Source: Rhina ancylostomus
Taxonomy: Eukaryota
Length of the DNA: 64,000 bases
NCBI GenBank assembly: GCA_030265395.1
Contig: JARFYF010000054.1
Coordinates: 18,697,729-18,761,728 of the forward strand
Reading direction: 5' to 3'
A model generated the notes under the pieces. It did no database searches. It worked only from the letters and a program-made list of their open reading frames with translations, and was not told the origin of the DNA. This document shows positions 51,641-64,000 of this stretch, one piece after another. The first letter of the stretch is position 1; each line of letters starts with the position of its first letter. The translations under genes and the position numbers were made by a program.

Positions 51641-51780
51641 TTTTTGCTCCAAGAAATAAAAATATATAATTTGGCAAGTCACAATACAATGAAGAGGCAA
51701 AGCAGAAATTCAAAACAAAGATGGGGAGAAAACCCTTTTAAGGGAGGAAAGAGCAAACATAACAAACAAACATGGAGACA

Positions 51781-52453
51781 CAATGCTAGAATCTGGAGCA
51801 AAACACACAATGCTGGAAGAACTCTGCTGGTCAGGCAGCATCTATGGAGGGAAATGGACAGATGAAGGGTCCAGTTGCAGAGCAGATAAAGGGTCTTGAC
51901 CCAAAATGTCAACTGTCAAATCTCCACCCCACTTCCCATAACACCCTCCCACCAAGCTTCTTCTCTTCTTCCCTTTCCTAGCCTCTTTTTCTCTACCCCC
52001 TTTTCTTTTCCTCTCTCCTTACTTTTGAGGCATCTCCCAGTGGATCTGCTCTACCCCCTCCCCTGCACTTGCCCATCACTATCTCTTCCATGCATCTACC
52101 CATCACCACCTTGTGCCCACCCCACCTCCCCTCTTTTACCCACTTATCACTGCTCTGCTTTTCCCTCCTTTATATTGGGCTTCCCCTTTTCCTATCTTCA
52201 GTCCTGAAGAAGGGTCCTGACNNNNNNNNNNNNNNNNNNNNNNNNNNNNNNNNNNNNNNNNNNNNNNNNNNNNNNNNNNNNNNNNNNNNNNNNNNNNNNN
52301 NNNNNNNNNNNNNNNNNNNNNGAAGAAGGGTCCTGACCCAAAACGTTGACCACCTGCTTTTCTCCACAGATGCTGCCTGGCCTGCTGAGTTCCTCCAGTG
52401 TCATAGTGTTTTTCATCTAGATTACAGCATCTGCAGTCTTTTATTTCTCCTCC
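51781..52453 (+). mobile_element. Penelope-like terminal complex: inverted tail (51781-51861) plus direct pseudo-LTR sequence with degenerate hammerhead motifs
   Basis: Reverse complement of 51781-51861 matches 35149-35205; gataaagggtcttgacccaaaatgtcaactg near 51885; cagtcctgaagaagggtcctgacccaaaacgttgac across the gap. Confidence 0.8.
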
Positions 52454-52984
52454 AGCGTCTTGTGTTGTAATAAGTAACCAACACTGAATGATTACATGCA
52501 ACTGAAGGGACATGAAACAAATGAAAATGCAATGACATAAGCAAAGTGAAAGTGGAAGCATTGTCTTCGTAATAAAAAAGATACTCAAATTTGATATTCA
52601 ATTGTCATGAAGATTTTACTTACCTTGTAATAATACCACTTTGAGTCAATAGCCCTAGGCCTGAATCATGTCAAACAATCATAGAAACACATAACGTGTT
52701 ACATTCAGTTTTACAACTGACAGGAGCTGCACACTTGTAGGCTTCACAGCTCTCATTCAGTCAATCAGCTGTGGTACGACTTGAGATCCAAGTTGGGTTA
52801 TTTAAGTCTCAAATCACTATAAATAACCACAAGCACAGTTTTTGCATTATTATCACAGTAGGACTACTAAAGAGCCCGACAAAACAGATGCAGAATACTT
52901 GTCATCCAAAGTTTTCTTTCAAAACAAATAAAGCATGTCTATGCTTCTACGCTCAATCAAGCATTATTGACCACACTATTCCAT

Positions 52985-53186
52985 TAGGATAGGATTGGTA
53001 GGTTAATTGGGGACTGTAAATTGCCCTCAGCATGTAGGTGAGCGGTAGAATTTGGGAGGGGTTGATAAAAATGTGTGGGGAATTAAAAAACAGGATTCAT
53101 TTAAGACTTGTGTAAATGGGTAGTTGATGGTCTACACAGACGCAGTGGGATGAAGGGCCTGTTTCTGTGTTGTCCGTCTCAATGAC
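52985..53186 (+). mobile_element. HE1-type V-SINE 3' half
   Basis: ttggtaggttaattggggactgtaaattgccc...gtaaatgggtagttgatggtc...gaagggcctgtttctgtgttgt. Confidence 0.85.
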
Positions 53187-53689
53187 CATGAGGATGAGCC
53201 ACTGAACATGGTTACTAATGATCATGGTCCCCTCAGTTCTTCCCCCTGATATAACCCACTGCTGTTTTCCAAAATATAACAGTAGACCAGAGGACTGCAG
53301 TGATCAAAGACTGTACAGCCTCTTTATATTAAACAACTTTCCTTAAAGGTGCAGTGCAGAATTCAAATTTGAATCCCTGTGTGAAAAGGTCTCAACTTGG
53401 TCTCAACTTGATCTCAAGCACAAAATGTAGAATATCCACATTCATGGATACACAAGAACTAATGGGTTTTGCCAGTACAACAGCACTGGCAAAGTTTATA
53501 GCACTGAGTACCTTTAGCAACCTGGGAACCTTGACTTTCCTGCTGCATTGTAGAAACAGTTCCCAATTACCACATTAAAAAAATCCAAGAGCAGTCCACA
53601 AGAGTGGTAAAGTTTCCAGGTGCCTGCCACTTAGATGTTCCCTCCCACTCCAACTCCTGTTTTCGTCTCTTAGTTTATTCCAAAATGCC

Positions 53690-53990
53690 ATCTTGAGGGA
53701 TAGCACCCCATCGTCTGACTAAACACGTTACAGCCTTCTGGACTCACTGAATACAACAGTATCAGATGGTCATTACTCTAGCCTTGTATCTCCCATTGGG
53801 ATTATTTTTCTCCCCCTCCTCTTATGGTAGATGTCATTCATTTCCTCCTCTTTATGCTTTCCCTAGACATATCTGTCATTAATCAGCCTTTACCACCCTC
53901 CCTCAGTCAGCACCATCACCTAGTCTCCACCCTAGCACAGACCTTCCCGACTCTCCCCTCCACCCTTCCTCTACAAAGCTTGTTTCATCG
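53690..53990 (+). mobile_element. Penelope-like ORF end plus 3' region, old
   Basis: cttgagggatagcaccccatcgtctgactaaacacgttacagccttctggactc resembles LEEQHLIFRL..LQP.GL. Confidence 0.6.
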
Positions 53991-54049
53991 TCAACTTTAC
54001 CCAGTTCTCTTGGGGAGGTGTGCTGAACCTTTCTTTCTCCAACGCTTGC

Positions 54050-54892
54050 CCAGTTCCAACTGGAGACGCGTTCAATTATGGTCACCTCGTTTTGGGAAGG
54101 GCGTGAAGGTATCAGAGGTTCCAGAAAAACATTTAAGAATGACCCGTAAGATGAGGAACCACAGTTACAAAGGGAACTGAGAGAGACTGGGATTGTTTTC
54201 TTTAGAGAAGAATGAAGGAAGATTTGATACAAATGTACAAAACCAGGAGCGATCTGGACAGAAGTCACAGGTGTAAGATAAAGCAGAAGAGAATTAAGAA
54301 TGACATGAGGCAAAACTTTTTTTTAAATACACAGTTGGAATCTGCAATTCACTGCCTGCAGATATGGTAGAGGCAGGTTTCATTTTGGCCTTAAAGAGGA
54401 AATTGGATAAATATATATAACATAGAACAGTACAGCACGTGAACAGGCCCTTCTGCCAATGATGTCCATGCCGACCACATTACCAGTTTAAACTCTGCAT
54501 CTGCCTGTACGTGGTCTGTACCCCTGAATTCCCTGACTGTTGATGCATCTGTCTAAATGCCTCTTAAAATGTTGTCGTATCTGCTTCCACTACTTCCCCC
54601 GGCAGCATGTTCCAGGTACCTACCACTTGCTGTGTGTAAAAAAAAACTTGACTTGCAAATCTCTTCTAAACTTTCCCCCTCTCATTTTAAAGTTCTGCCT
54701 CCTAGTATGTTATATTTCCAACCTGGAAGAAAGACTGTCTACCCTGTCTATCCCTCTTGTATAGCGAGGAAAAATTTGCAAGGTCTCAGAGAAGGAACGG
54801 AACTAACATCTTGCTTTCGAACAAGTAGAAAGCCTGTGCAAACACAAAGCATCAAATTGATTCTTTCTGTACTCTAACCAATTTATGATCCT
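54050..54892 (+). mobile_element. CR1 3' part, interrupted at 54417-54762
   Basis: VQLWSPRFGKGVKV, ctgggattgttttctttagagaag, aaattggataaata | gaggaaaaatttgcaagg. Confidence 0.8.
54417..54762 (-). mobile_element. Younger CR1 3' end nested in the opposite orientation
   Basis: catagaacagtacagcacgtgaacaggcccttc...tctgcttccactacttcccccggcagc. Confidence 0.88.
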
Positions 54893-55917
54893 CCAAGTTC
54901 TTATAAAGATCCTTGACCTGAAATATTAATGCTGTTTTTCACTCTCAATGGTATTTTCTGGTTTCACTTTGTTAAATTCAAAATAAGGCTTTCAGAAGCT
55001 TTTTTGTCCAGATATTACTTTCTTATTAGGGTAATAGATCAGAGAAAATGATCAATGAAAAATATTGGCACAGACTTTGCTGACCTGTATGTCCAAGCAG
55101 ATGGCACCATATCCAGGAGATACACACTCATGTGATCATATATGCAAGTTCTGTACTTCCTTGCCAGCACCTGACAGGCACATTGAGACCTTGTACTAGC
55201 AAATGTCACATGTCCAATTTCTTGGGGTGTTGAAGCAGGAAATCAAAATTCTTTCAGGTTCTGTGCCAGATTAACCTTGCAATCAGAGTGATTACCTATT
55301 GATTTCAACAGGGACTGTGGGGCTGCAGAGAAACAAGGGGAAAAAACACTCAGTATTGGGACTGAACTTGCTGGCACAAGCCAGCTGCCCACAGCTTGTC
55401 TAAGGATCACCCCTTCCCTGATTTCTCTGACGTTAAGCTATTTTTGTTTTACATTCAAAGATTTTGTTTAAGAAAGCTATAAAGAAATATAAGTGTTTCT
55501 GAAAGCCCTGATGGCTAGGAGGAGGATGGAGAGAGGTTTGTAATGGAGGAGCTGCCACTGTTCAGGCTTTGCTGCTGGGGTCCTCAACACTCCTGACCAG
55601 TAATGTGGACCTTGACCATCTGGACCAGGCAGGTCTGACTATAGGGTGACTGGATCCATTGTGAGCCACTGGCCCACACCAGAAAAATTTGCCCTGGTAT
55701 TCTGACAATGCATTTCATGATATTTATCCCTTTTATTCTCCATTCTTATAACAGTCACTTCCCTTTGCCCTGAAGCCTCCAATGTTGCCAATACATACAC
55801 CCACTATTACAAATATCTCATAGAATCAACTACAAAAACTGCCAAATTAATCTCCACTCATCATACAAATCATCTAGCTGAATGGCAAAAGCAGCATGTA
55901 ATTCATCTCTCCGATTC

Positions 55918-56002
55918 TATAGAACATAAAAAAACTACAGCACAATTCAGGCCCTTTGGCCCACAAAGCTGTGCCAAACATGTCCCTAACCTAGAAATTA
56001 CT
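55918..56002 (-). mobile_element. CR1 3' tail
   Basis: tagaacata...ctacagcacaattcaggccctttggcccacaaagctgtgcc. Confidence 0.8.
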
Positions 56003-58413
56003 CCTCCCTTTCTCAGTTGGTTCAGGTAAGCCTAGCAAGTCCTGCACCACTAATCTTCTTCCTCAATTCTACCTTCTCACCTCTGTTCCCCGGATATCCT
56101 CGTGTCCAAATATCTAGACTTTTCAGCCTAGAACAAGCTCAACACTGGGCCATCCTGATCCTTAGGGTTAGGGAATTCCCAATATTCAATCTCTTCCAGC
56201 TGAAGTTTCACCTCACCTCTGGTCTTAAATTGCCAACTCCCATCTCTGAATTTACCACAAAAAGACACCACTTTTCAGATCCCTTTACATACTGCACCCG
56301 CTACAGTCCACAGCTTGAACACAGGTGTTGTTGTAACTTTTAAAATTACAGAAATAAAATCTCAATATCATACAAGATTGAAATCTCAGATCCAATGCAT
56401 TGCAATAATGGAAACCTTAAGTGTCTGATCATTGAAATATCAAAATTTCTTCAGCAATGGCCTTGTTATTGTGCAGCAGTTAACTGGTTTAAAAATTTAA
56501 TTGCAAGGGCAAATTAAGTTTTGACCACACCTGCAGAGTGGCAGAGAGTTTGCTGCTCTGTTCCATAGAGAAAAAAAAATTGGGAACGTCAATACTAATT
56601 CACATCACACCTAGATTCTGAAGTTACTACCATTGCCATGTGAATGAATTAAAATGGGTTATTATATTCCTCTGCTAGCTATGCTAGGAAAACCAATAAC
56701 CTCTTCCAGCTAAAAATAGATCAGTACTTGCGTGCTTATTAGCGTACATACATGCATGACGAGCAAATACATTTGAGTCTGACTACTGATAATATCTGTA
56801 ACACCATCAGTAACTCGCAACCTCCAATCCCAGGAACTTCCAAATGTGATTAAAATNNNNNNNNNNNNNNNNNNNNNNNNNNNNNNNNNNNNNNNNNNNN
56901 NNNNNNNNNNNNNNNNNNNNNNNNNNNNNNNNNNNNNNNNNNNNNNNNNNNNNNNNAAATAGAGGTGCATCAACAAATAATTTCAAATAACTAAAATAAT
57001 GATTACATTATATTCATATCAATAAAGAATCTATTATTAAGCACTTAATAACTGAGGCCCACTTGAAAGGAAAAAAGCCAAAGAATAATTCATTTCAGAT
57101 AAAAGAGTAAACATGACATTTACTGACAGGATACCAGAGAGAAGTCTGGCCGGTTCCAACCAGCACTTGTCACAATCAGTATGGAGCTATAGCTTTTCAA
57201 ACCCTGATAATGAAGTTTATTTCCTATGCAGGATATAGAACAGATTATGAATGTGCTTAAGGTATCATACATGGGCATTAAAATAGTTTGCAACCATCTA
57301 TCATACACAGCTTTTGATTTGTTGGCTGTGCTTCGGTTGGGATGAAGCCTGTAATTTTGTGAAGTTATAATTAATAGTGGGGCTCTCTCTCCTCTGCACG
57401 CTAATGATCAGAAGCATGGTTGAGGAATGGATTTCTAATTCTGTGAAGCACACAAAGGAAATATTTACTCTCCGACTGGTTTTTATACTTTTAGCTGAGC
57501 ACACAATGGTAAGTGCAATAAAATTTAGTGATCTTAAGAGTCATAGCTACAACCAAGTCGCACTCTCCGTAAATAACAAGTGAAATGTCAGTAATCCTGA
57601 TCCAGGTGTGTGACACCCAATTTCACTGTTGACTAGATCTGCACTTTGTACTGTGGAGAATTCTCACTCACTCCACCAATTCCAGAAATGTAAAGACTCT
57701 GAGCAACCCAAATTTGTACCATTTTGGTGAATTTTGTACCATTCAGCTTACATTTTTAAACAAGAAATGGTGCACTCCAAAGGAATAAACATTAATATAT
57801 CACTGATGTATCCCTTGACGAAGTGACATGTTGTACAATCTTCAGGAGGCAAAAGTACAAAGGAAATGTCAAAACATGAAATAAAACAGATTCACGAACA
57901 ATGACCCTTCACCAAAAACAAAACTATAGGTCATCACTGGTAATGATCCCAACCTGTAACAAACTTGGCCAGTTAGAGGATTATTTTCTTACCCCGTTAA
58001 TATTGCCAGAAGCAGGTCACAGGATACAAAGAAGTTTCCTTGCACAGGGTATATCCCCTTCTGCATATTAATAACAATTTCCTTTTAAATCCAAACTCAA
58101 AAGGCAGCCAAATTTTAATATTCATAAACAAACACAAATTGTTGGGATTTTAATCCTGGTTGAGTGCTCGTTGACAGAAACCATGATTCCTTAAAATGAG
58201 ACAAATATTCCAAAGATCCAAAGTGAATTTAGAGATTTTTATTCCCTACCATGAACGTGGACTTGTTGGTCTGTTTTATATTTTTAAATATTTCTCTGAA
58301 AAAGGCAGGAAGCAATAAAACTCATTGGTTACACTTTCCAAGCTGACCTGGTGGGAGGGATTCGAGCATGGAAGTAGATGCTTGTCATCAATCAATTTTG
58401 TTCATTACATTCA

Positions 58414-58806
58414 AAAAAGGTCAAAGCTTATATCGCCCAACTCACTACTCAGGACATTGAGAAATGCTTTACAGCTGAGTAAGTACTTCTGAAATGTCGC
58501 AGCGGTTGAAGTGTGGGGAGTGCCACACTCAGATTGGGTACGCTCAGCTCTCTCAATCGGCAATGTGAGATGTAACCAGAGCAAACTCAACACTGGATCA
58601 TCCTGGTGTTCTGGAATGATGAGAATTAGCCACCACATCAGGTATACTTCCCATGACACCCAAGAGTGCGGATGGGTCCTCAAGTTATGACCTCAACCAG
58701 GAACCATCATCCTCTCAGGGCTGCATCAAGTGTCAGTCCAGATGTGTTGTGCCGGGGTTGCTGCAGGGGGACTTGAAACCACAACATTCTGATTCAAAGG
58801 CAAAAC
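58414..58806 (-). mobile_element. Deu-domain SINE, old
   Basis: tcaggacattgagaaatgctttacagc...aagtacttctgaaatgt...gtgtcagtccagatg...ggacttgaaaccacaacattctgattcaaaggc. Confidence 0.72.
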
Positions 58807-60982
58807 TATCTAGCACCATAAATACAGTCCTGTATTAGGAGGTCAAAGGCTCACATATCATGTCAAGTTGAGTAGTAATTTTTTTTTAAAATCATCCAGT
58901 GCAGGACAGAATTCCAAAGGAGAACATCACAGCATGTATTTGTGAGGACTGCACATAGAGAACTTAATGGGATTGTATTATCCAATGAGAGAAACTATAA
59001 GAAATCAAAATATTGTGATGGAGCAGTGGGCTGTGGTCCAAATGTAGAAGTTGCTGCCACTGACAACATGCCAGACTCTTGCTGTCAAAACAACAGCCTT
59101 CATGATTAGAGAAAAACAATGGAAAATTACCCCTACAGTAATATACTGATCAGTACTGCAAGTGCAGACATGAATTAGGAGCCCTGCCAAAACATATGGA
59201 AGTTTGGAGAACCAGTGCCTTTCAGTACAGCAGGATATTCATACAATAAAATTCCTGGAAATAAACAATACAAATGTACAGAGATTTATAATACAGAGCC
59301 AAGGTTAAATAATATTGTCATGGCTTCACAAAATTTTCTTTGAAAAGACATAAAAGCAAATTATTTGATGATCAAGTATTTATGCAGACAAGTCATCTGA
59401 AGAAGCTGCATCTTTCTCTCTGGTGATCTAGTCATGCCTTTAATTGATCATAATTGAATATGGTATTAGATCCCTGCCTTTCAAAAATTCCACAGCTTGT
59501 TACTTTGAAAATCTATACAGTGGATCAAACTAATTTCACACAAAGACTTGGCTAGCTACGTAGCAGAAGCACCATTTCAGGCATGTCACAATGGTGAAAC
59601 TGCCAGCACAAAAGGCATTAGCTCAACCTTCGTTTCAAAGTTTGTGTTGCAAACAAGGTATCGCCTGGAGTAGTGTCTAGACTCCCTGGTGTTGCTCTTA
59701 CTACAGCAAATAGAGGTGGAGGTGCCAACTAAATCATTCTTTTTGGAATAAGGCCAACAGCAACAACCAACAGCAACTGCTGATAAAACAGTGCATCAAA
59801 AGTCATACTACATTCATTTAAAAAGGTACATCAATGCCATCATATGCCACATTTGGGATTAATGTGGTGGGTTTGACCAGGCTCAGTTACTAGCAGAGAT
59901 TCTCAGGGTGTGTTACGGTTCATCATTTTAATTATGATTTGGGTATTTAAAAATCGTAGGTGTACTAATACAACTATAGGCATCAGGATTTGATGGTTAG
60001 CTAAGACAAGCTGAGTTGATAAACCATTTCACAAAACCTCTTTTATTATGCCCAAGTCAATACAAAATACAAGGAGCCAAGAAACCCCAAACAACGTAAT
60101 GCCTGGGTTGCCATTAAAATAATGGGATTAGAAAATAGTGGAAGATAGACCTGGGAGTATTAGCTGGGAAAGCAAACAGGGTTTTTATTACAAGCTTCAC
60201 TGAATACAAAGCAAAGTGCACATAAACTACAGAAGTCTGCACTTCAAATTGTTTGTTCTGTTTAATCCCTACAAATGGTGAAAAATGCTGAAGTTCTAGA
60301 GAGCAGACGGGCTGGCCTCAGCATACCATGGTTGTAGAGTGGACATGCTGGCAGTTTTTCAAATTGAATGGAATAGTCAGATTATTGAGAGTGCCAGAGT
60401 TCATGCATGAACTTCTCTAGGTGGTGAATATTAAAACATCTAATAACAACAAAATACACAAAGAAAATAGCATACCTCGAGTTACTGATCGAACCCCTGA
60501 GGTGGAAGAATGTGGCTGATGCAATGACAAAGTAGATTATAATGCAGCTCATCAACCATGGACCGAGATAGTCGTTGCTTCAAGGATTCCTACACTTTTC
60601 ACGAATTGGTTCTTTCATACAGGAGGATAATAATTTACTTAGAGTCACTACATATTAAGTATTGCTAAAGCTGCCTCCAGTCACCAGAAGTTTCTTCCTT
60701 CTTCCTTGCTTCTCAGACTGAAATCAAAGCTGTTTATTCTATATTCTCTGCCACTTTGCATCCTGATATACATCATACCATTCTGTCCCTCTCCAACTCC
60801 AACCACAACCTCCCTGAACCTTCCACATTCTGTGACCTTCATAATGGCCCATTACTTCTCAATAATGCAAAAGAAATGTGGCCTCAAAGTTGAAAAAGCA
60901 AAAGAACCAACTCCACGGAGACCTATTTTCCAAAAAAGCGATGTCACAGCTTTCTTTATTAAGGCAGAACAGTTTCAGATCC

Positions 60983-61115
60983 AAAAGCAAAATACTGCAA
61001 TATGCTGGAAACCTGAAACAAAACAGAAACAGCTGGATACACTTAACAGGTTAGAGGACTCTCCAGATATGCTGCCTGACCTCCAGATACTTGCAGCCTT
61101 TTTGCCTTATTTCAG
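60983..61115. mobile_element. Palindromic Penelope-terminal remnant
   Basis: aaatactgcaatatgctggaaacctgaaa...cagctggatacacttaacaggtt / atgctgcctgacct...cagcctttttgccttatttcag. Confidence 0.65.
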
Positions 61116-61621
61116 TAAGTCAAATGTCTCACAATGGACAGTTGGGACAGAGTTAGATGTTAAGCCCTGAACATTAATACCAATTTGTTGATCTTGGGAG
61201 TTAAACACTGAGCAGGTTAGGGAAAACACAACCCCTGCACCAGGCACATCTTTGGCAATGATTCGCAGAACTCTGCTTCCACCAATATAAATCAGGTGGA
61301 GAAATATTGACTTAAAATATATGGATGTGTCAGATATATTTAAATGAGAGTGGAAAAAGTACTATTTTAATAGATGTTGGAATATCTGTTCATTGGCAAA
61401 AAAAATTCTTTTTAAGTGCAGTGGTTATGTGGTAGTGTGTTTTCTTGGAGGTTGCTGTAAATTGGAAACAATGTCAAATACATGTCTAATTACCTAATAA
61501 ATTAAACACCTACTCATTTAAAGTTGATAGTACAAGTGGTCTATCAAACTTCTCTTATAAATCCCATACACGCAGCAAGAAGCAGGATTTACCAATTGCA
61601 ACAATACGTTTTGTTAGTTGT

Positions 61622-63595
61622 TCATTTCTCACTGGCAACATCTACATTTATTGTCCACGGCCAATTGCACAGGAGTAGGCGATAGTGAGCTACCTTCCTG
61701 AACCACCGCAGTCCTTCTGGTAGAGTACCCCAACAGTGGTTGCAAAGGCAGTTCCAGGATTTGGACCCAGTGACAATGAATGACCAGCAATATATTTCCA
61801 ACATTCTCAGTCCTTGGAGGTCATGAGTTTGGGAGGTGCTGTCAGAATAGCCAACGTAATAATTGCAGAGAATTTTGTAGATGGTACACACTGAAGCTAC
61901 TGTTCACAAGAGGTGCAGGGAATTAGCTCCTTTGCAATGAATGATGTTGAGCTTCTTTCAGATTATTGAAACCCATCCAGAGAAGCAGAGAGTATTCAGT
62001 CTCACTCCCGACCAATGCCTTGCAGATGGTGGAACGGTTCTGGGGTATCAACTAACCAGTCATAGAGTCAAAGTTGTACAGCACAGAAAAGAGCCCTTTT
62101 TGCTCATCAACATTAGCCCCCCTTTGCTCACACCAAATCCATATCTTCTATATCTTGCCTATTTAAGTGCCTATCTAAACGTGTCTTTATCGTAATGATT
62201 ATATGAGATTCCACCACTTCCTCTAGCACCGAGTTCCAGGTATCAACTCATGTAAAAAAATCTTTACACTCAGATCCCCTTTAATACTCCTTCCTCTCAC
62301 CTTAAACCTACACATTCATGTTTTTGATAGCCCTACCATGGGAAAAAGATTCTGGCCATCTACTCTATCTACACCTCTTATAATTTTATATGCATCTATT
62401 GGGCTACTCTAGGGAAAAGAAGCTCAGCCTATCCAATCATTCCTCATAACCAGAGTTCTCCAATTCAGGCAACATCCTGGTGAATCTCCTCTGCACTCTC
62501 TCCAGCAGAGTCACATCCTTCCTACAGTGTGGTAACAAGAACTGCACACAACACTCCAAGGGCACTCTAACCAGCGTTTTAGGTGGTAAGGGTGCAACAA
62601 AATCTCTCAACTCTTATATTCAATGCCCCAACCAATGAAGGCAAGAATGCAATGCACCTTCTGTACCATCTTATCTCCCAACATATGTTGTGACCTTCGG
62701 GGAACTATGAATTTGACCCCAAATCCCTCTGCTCATCGACATTCTTTATTACCCTACCATTTACTATATATGCTCTACCAAAATGCATCACCTCACACTT
62801 TATGGGATTAAATTCCATCTCCCAACACTCCACCCAACTTTCCATCCGATCTATATCCTGTTTTAACTTTAGACAAACTTTCACACTGTCCATTAACACC
62901 ACCAATCTTCACATCATCTGCAGACTTACTAATTAGAAGGAAGCCAAAATGGTTCATCCACTTGGCACTTCTGGTTCAAAACTATTACGAATGTTGCAGC
63001 CTCGTCTTTAGCACTCGCCTGCTGGGCCCCATCATCGAGGGGGCAGTTGTCCTCAGAATCTCCTTCTCCCATTAGCTGCTTAAATGTCGGCCCCCATTCA
63101 AGACGAAAACTGCGGAGTTTTGATCTGATCAATTTGTTGAGAGATCAGTTTATTGAATACTAGTTAATACCCTTAGTACTGTATTGCAGCTTCATCAGGC
63201 TAGCACCTTATTTTGAGGTATGCCTAGTGCTGATCACGTCACACCCTTCCACACTCCTCATAGTTGGACCCCACCCCCCCCTTTCAGCCCTGACTTTACA
63301 GTAATGCTAGAGCAAGACACAGCCAGGCTGCTGGGTTAGAGATTAAAGTAGTATACATTTCTGCTGCCAGTGATGGTACACAGCAGCTCATGGATGCCAG
63401 ATCTGAGCTCACAGATATGCTCCCAGTCTATCCAGTTAAGCACAATGGAAGATGTCCTCATTAACATGCAACAGCCTCCAAGCATTGCACACTAATACAT
63501 CTCCCAATGCTATCGTATACAAGTGCATGTGTCACTGGTGGATTGGTCAGGATGTGGTCCAGTGGGTTTATCCTTCATTTTGGTTCACTCACTAA
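61622..63595 (-). mobile_element. Older CR1-clade LINE of a second family, internally deleted, split by a younger CR1
   Basis: SFIVTGSKSWNCL...GLRWFRKVAHYRLL at 61622-61891; DDGAQQASAKDEAATF...QKCQVDEP at 62929-63132. Confidence 0.8.
62057..62931 (-). mobile_element. CR1, RT C-terminus to 3' tail, nested insertion
   Basis: KSADDVKIGG, KLKQDIDRMESWVECWEMEFNPIKCEVMHFG, EQRDLG; tail gtcatagagtc...tacagcacagaaa. Confidence 0.92.
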
Positions 63596-64000
63596 CCATC
63601 TTGTGCCTAATCTGGCCACTATATCCTTCAGGACTCAGCCAACATAACCCCAACTCACGACATGTAGAATCCAGTGAATGCTGCCATTTAATGAAAAATA
63701 GCAAAGGCAATAAAACTGCCTGAAAAATGTCATTATCCAGTAATTTGATTAAACATTTGCCTGACTTACTCATTGCCACCTGTTTGATAATCATCAAACT
63801 TAGCCAATTTATATTGACAGATTTGGAATAATTCTTTTGCCCATGAGTGTTTTCCAATTGTGCTCCAATGGTGGAATTTTTCCAAAACAAAATCTTACAA
63901 GAAACTGTAGGCGGTGATGAAATAATACTTAAATAACCTCTCTCAACAACTTGTTCAATAAAGGGACACAGAACCTTTCTAGAAATTCCTTCATCAATGG

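Noticed and set aside
52204-52350. Tandem (dimeric) hammerhead pair
   Set aside because: The two gaagaagggtcctgac copies abut a 100-N gap, like other overlapping contig ends; most likely a single copy
60472-60630. Plus-strand frame EECG-TGA-C as a selenoprotein motif or TGF-beta C-terminus
   Set aside because: No plausible acceptor, no flanking similarity to either family and no SECIS identified; likely chance
1-64000. Short ORFs in the six-frame track as real genes or an operon-like system
   Set aside because: The DNA is eukaryotic; recognisable ORFs are frameshifted TE fragments, and the rest are chance ORFs or span N gaps

Overview
Eukaryotic, repeat-rich, CpG-depleted non-coding DNA from a draft vertebrate scaffold with many N gaps. 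The repeat families point to a cartilaginous fish, probably a batoid (ray or sawfish-like). They include HE1/V-domain SINEs, Deu-domain SINEs, CR1, L2, Rex1/Babar and Penelope-like elements. This assignment comes from my recognition of the families, not from a database search. I can support no host protein-coding exon, tRNA, rRNA or CRISPR feature. Every recognisable ORF in the track is a decayed retroelement fragment, so the window is most likely a large intron or intergenic region. The points of most interest are: (i) degenerate minimal hammerhead ribozymes in Penelope termini; (ii) a V-SINE whose 3' tail matches the Rex1/Babar 3' stem-loop, alongside CR1-tailed V-SINEs; (iii) two long inverted repeats, one old and one about 97% identical; (iv) two local direct duplications of apparently unique DNA; (v) a cis-templated fold-back at a CR1 junction; (vi) two copies of a Tigger-like MITE. 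I found no convincing evidence of a new multi-gene system. Boundaries of old repeats are approximate.
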